Origin: Octopus bimaculoides
Taxonomy: Eukaryota
DNA: 50,314 nucleotides
Assembly (NCBI RefSeq): GCF_001194135.2
Contig: NC_068996.1
Coordinates: 37,477,641 to 37,527,954 of the forward strand
Direction of reading: 5' to 3'
The notes under the pieces are model-generated. The model did not search any database. It saw nothing but the letters and a program-made list of their open reading frames with translations, and was not told the origin of the DNA. Position 1 is the first letter of the stretch. Each line of letters begins with the position of its first letter. The position numbers and the translations under genes were made by a program. This document shows positions 50,277 to 50,314 of the stretch, piece after piece.

Positions 50277-50314
<38 letters not shown>

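Overview
AT-rich, repeat-dense animal genomic DNA. The repeat families and microsatellite load suggest a coleoid cephalopod, most likely Octopus (inference). Large assembly gaps lie at 1355-1891, 25338-25710, 39649-39862 and 47295-48190. Only one protein-coding gene is supported: a complete three-exon GABARAP/ATG8-family gene on the + strand (3453-3542, 8029-8226, 8583-8648; 117 aa ending in ...VYG-Q). It is immediately preceded by a 2-codon uORF (ATG TCT TAA ATG). The rest of the window is transposon-derived sequence and microsatellites. It includes tRNA-headed SINEs (labelled here SINE-A, SINE-E and SINE-G), young and old RTE-clade LINE 3' ends, two R4/Dong-like LINE fragments in a (TAA)n nest, piggyBac-like, Tc1/mariner-like and hAT-like MITEs, a 171-bp LTR-PBS mini-element, and two long AT-rich palindromes abutting gaps. 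The most notable signal is a set of three hammerhead-ribozyme-like motifs. One sits at the 3' end of a Pol III tRNA-headed element, one lies in sense orientation in GABARAP intron 1, and one is degenerate. Each visible copy has a lesion, so activity would have to come from intact paralogs. Family labels are my own, and repeat boundaries without TSDs are approximate (about +/-15 bp). No rRNA, bona fide tRNA or CRISPR array was found.
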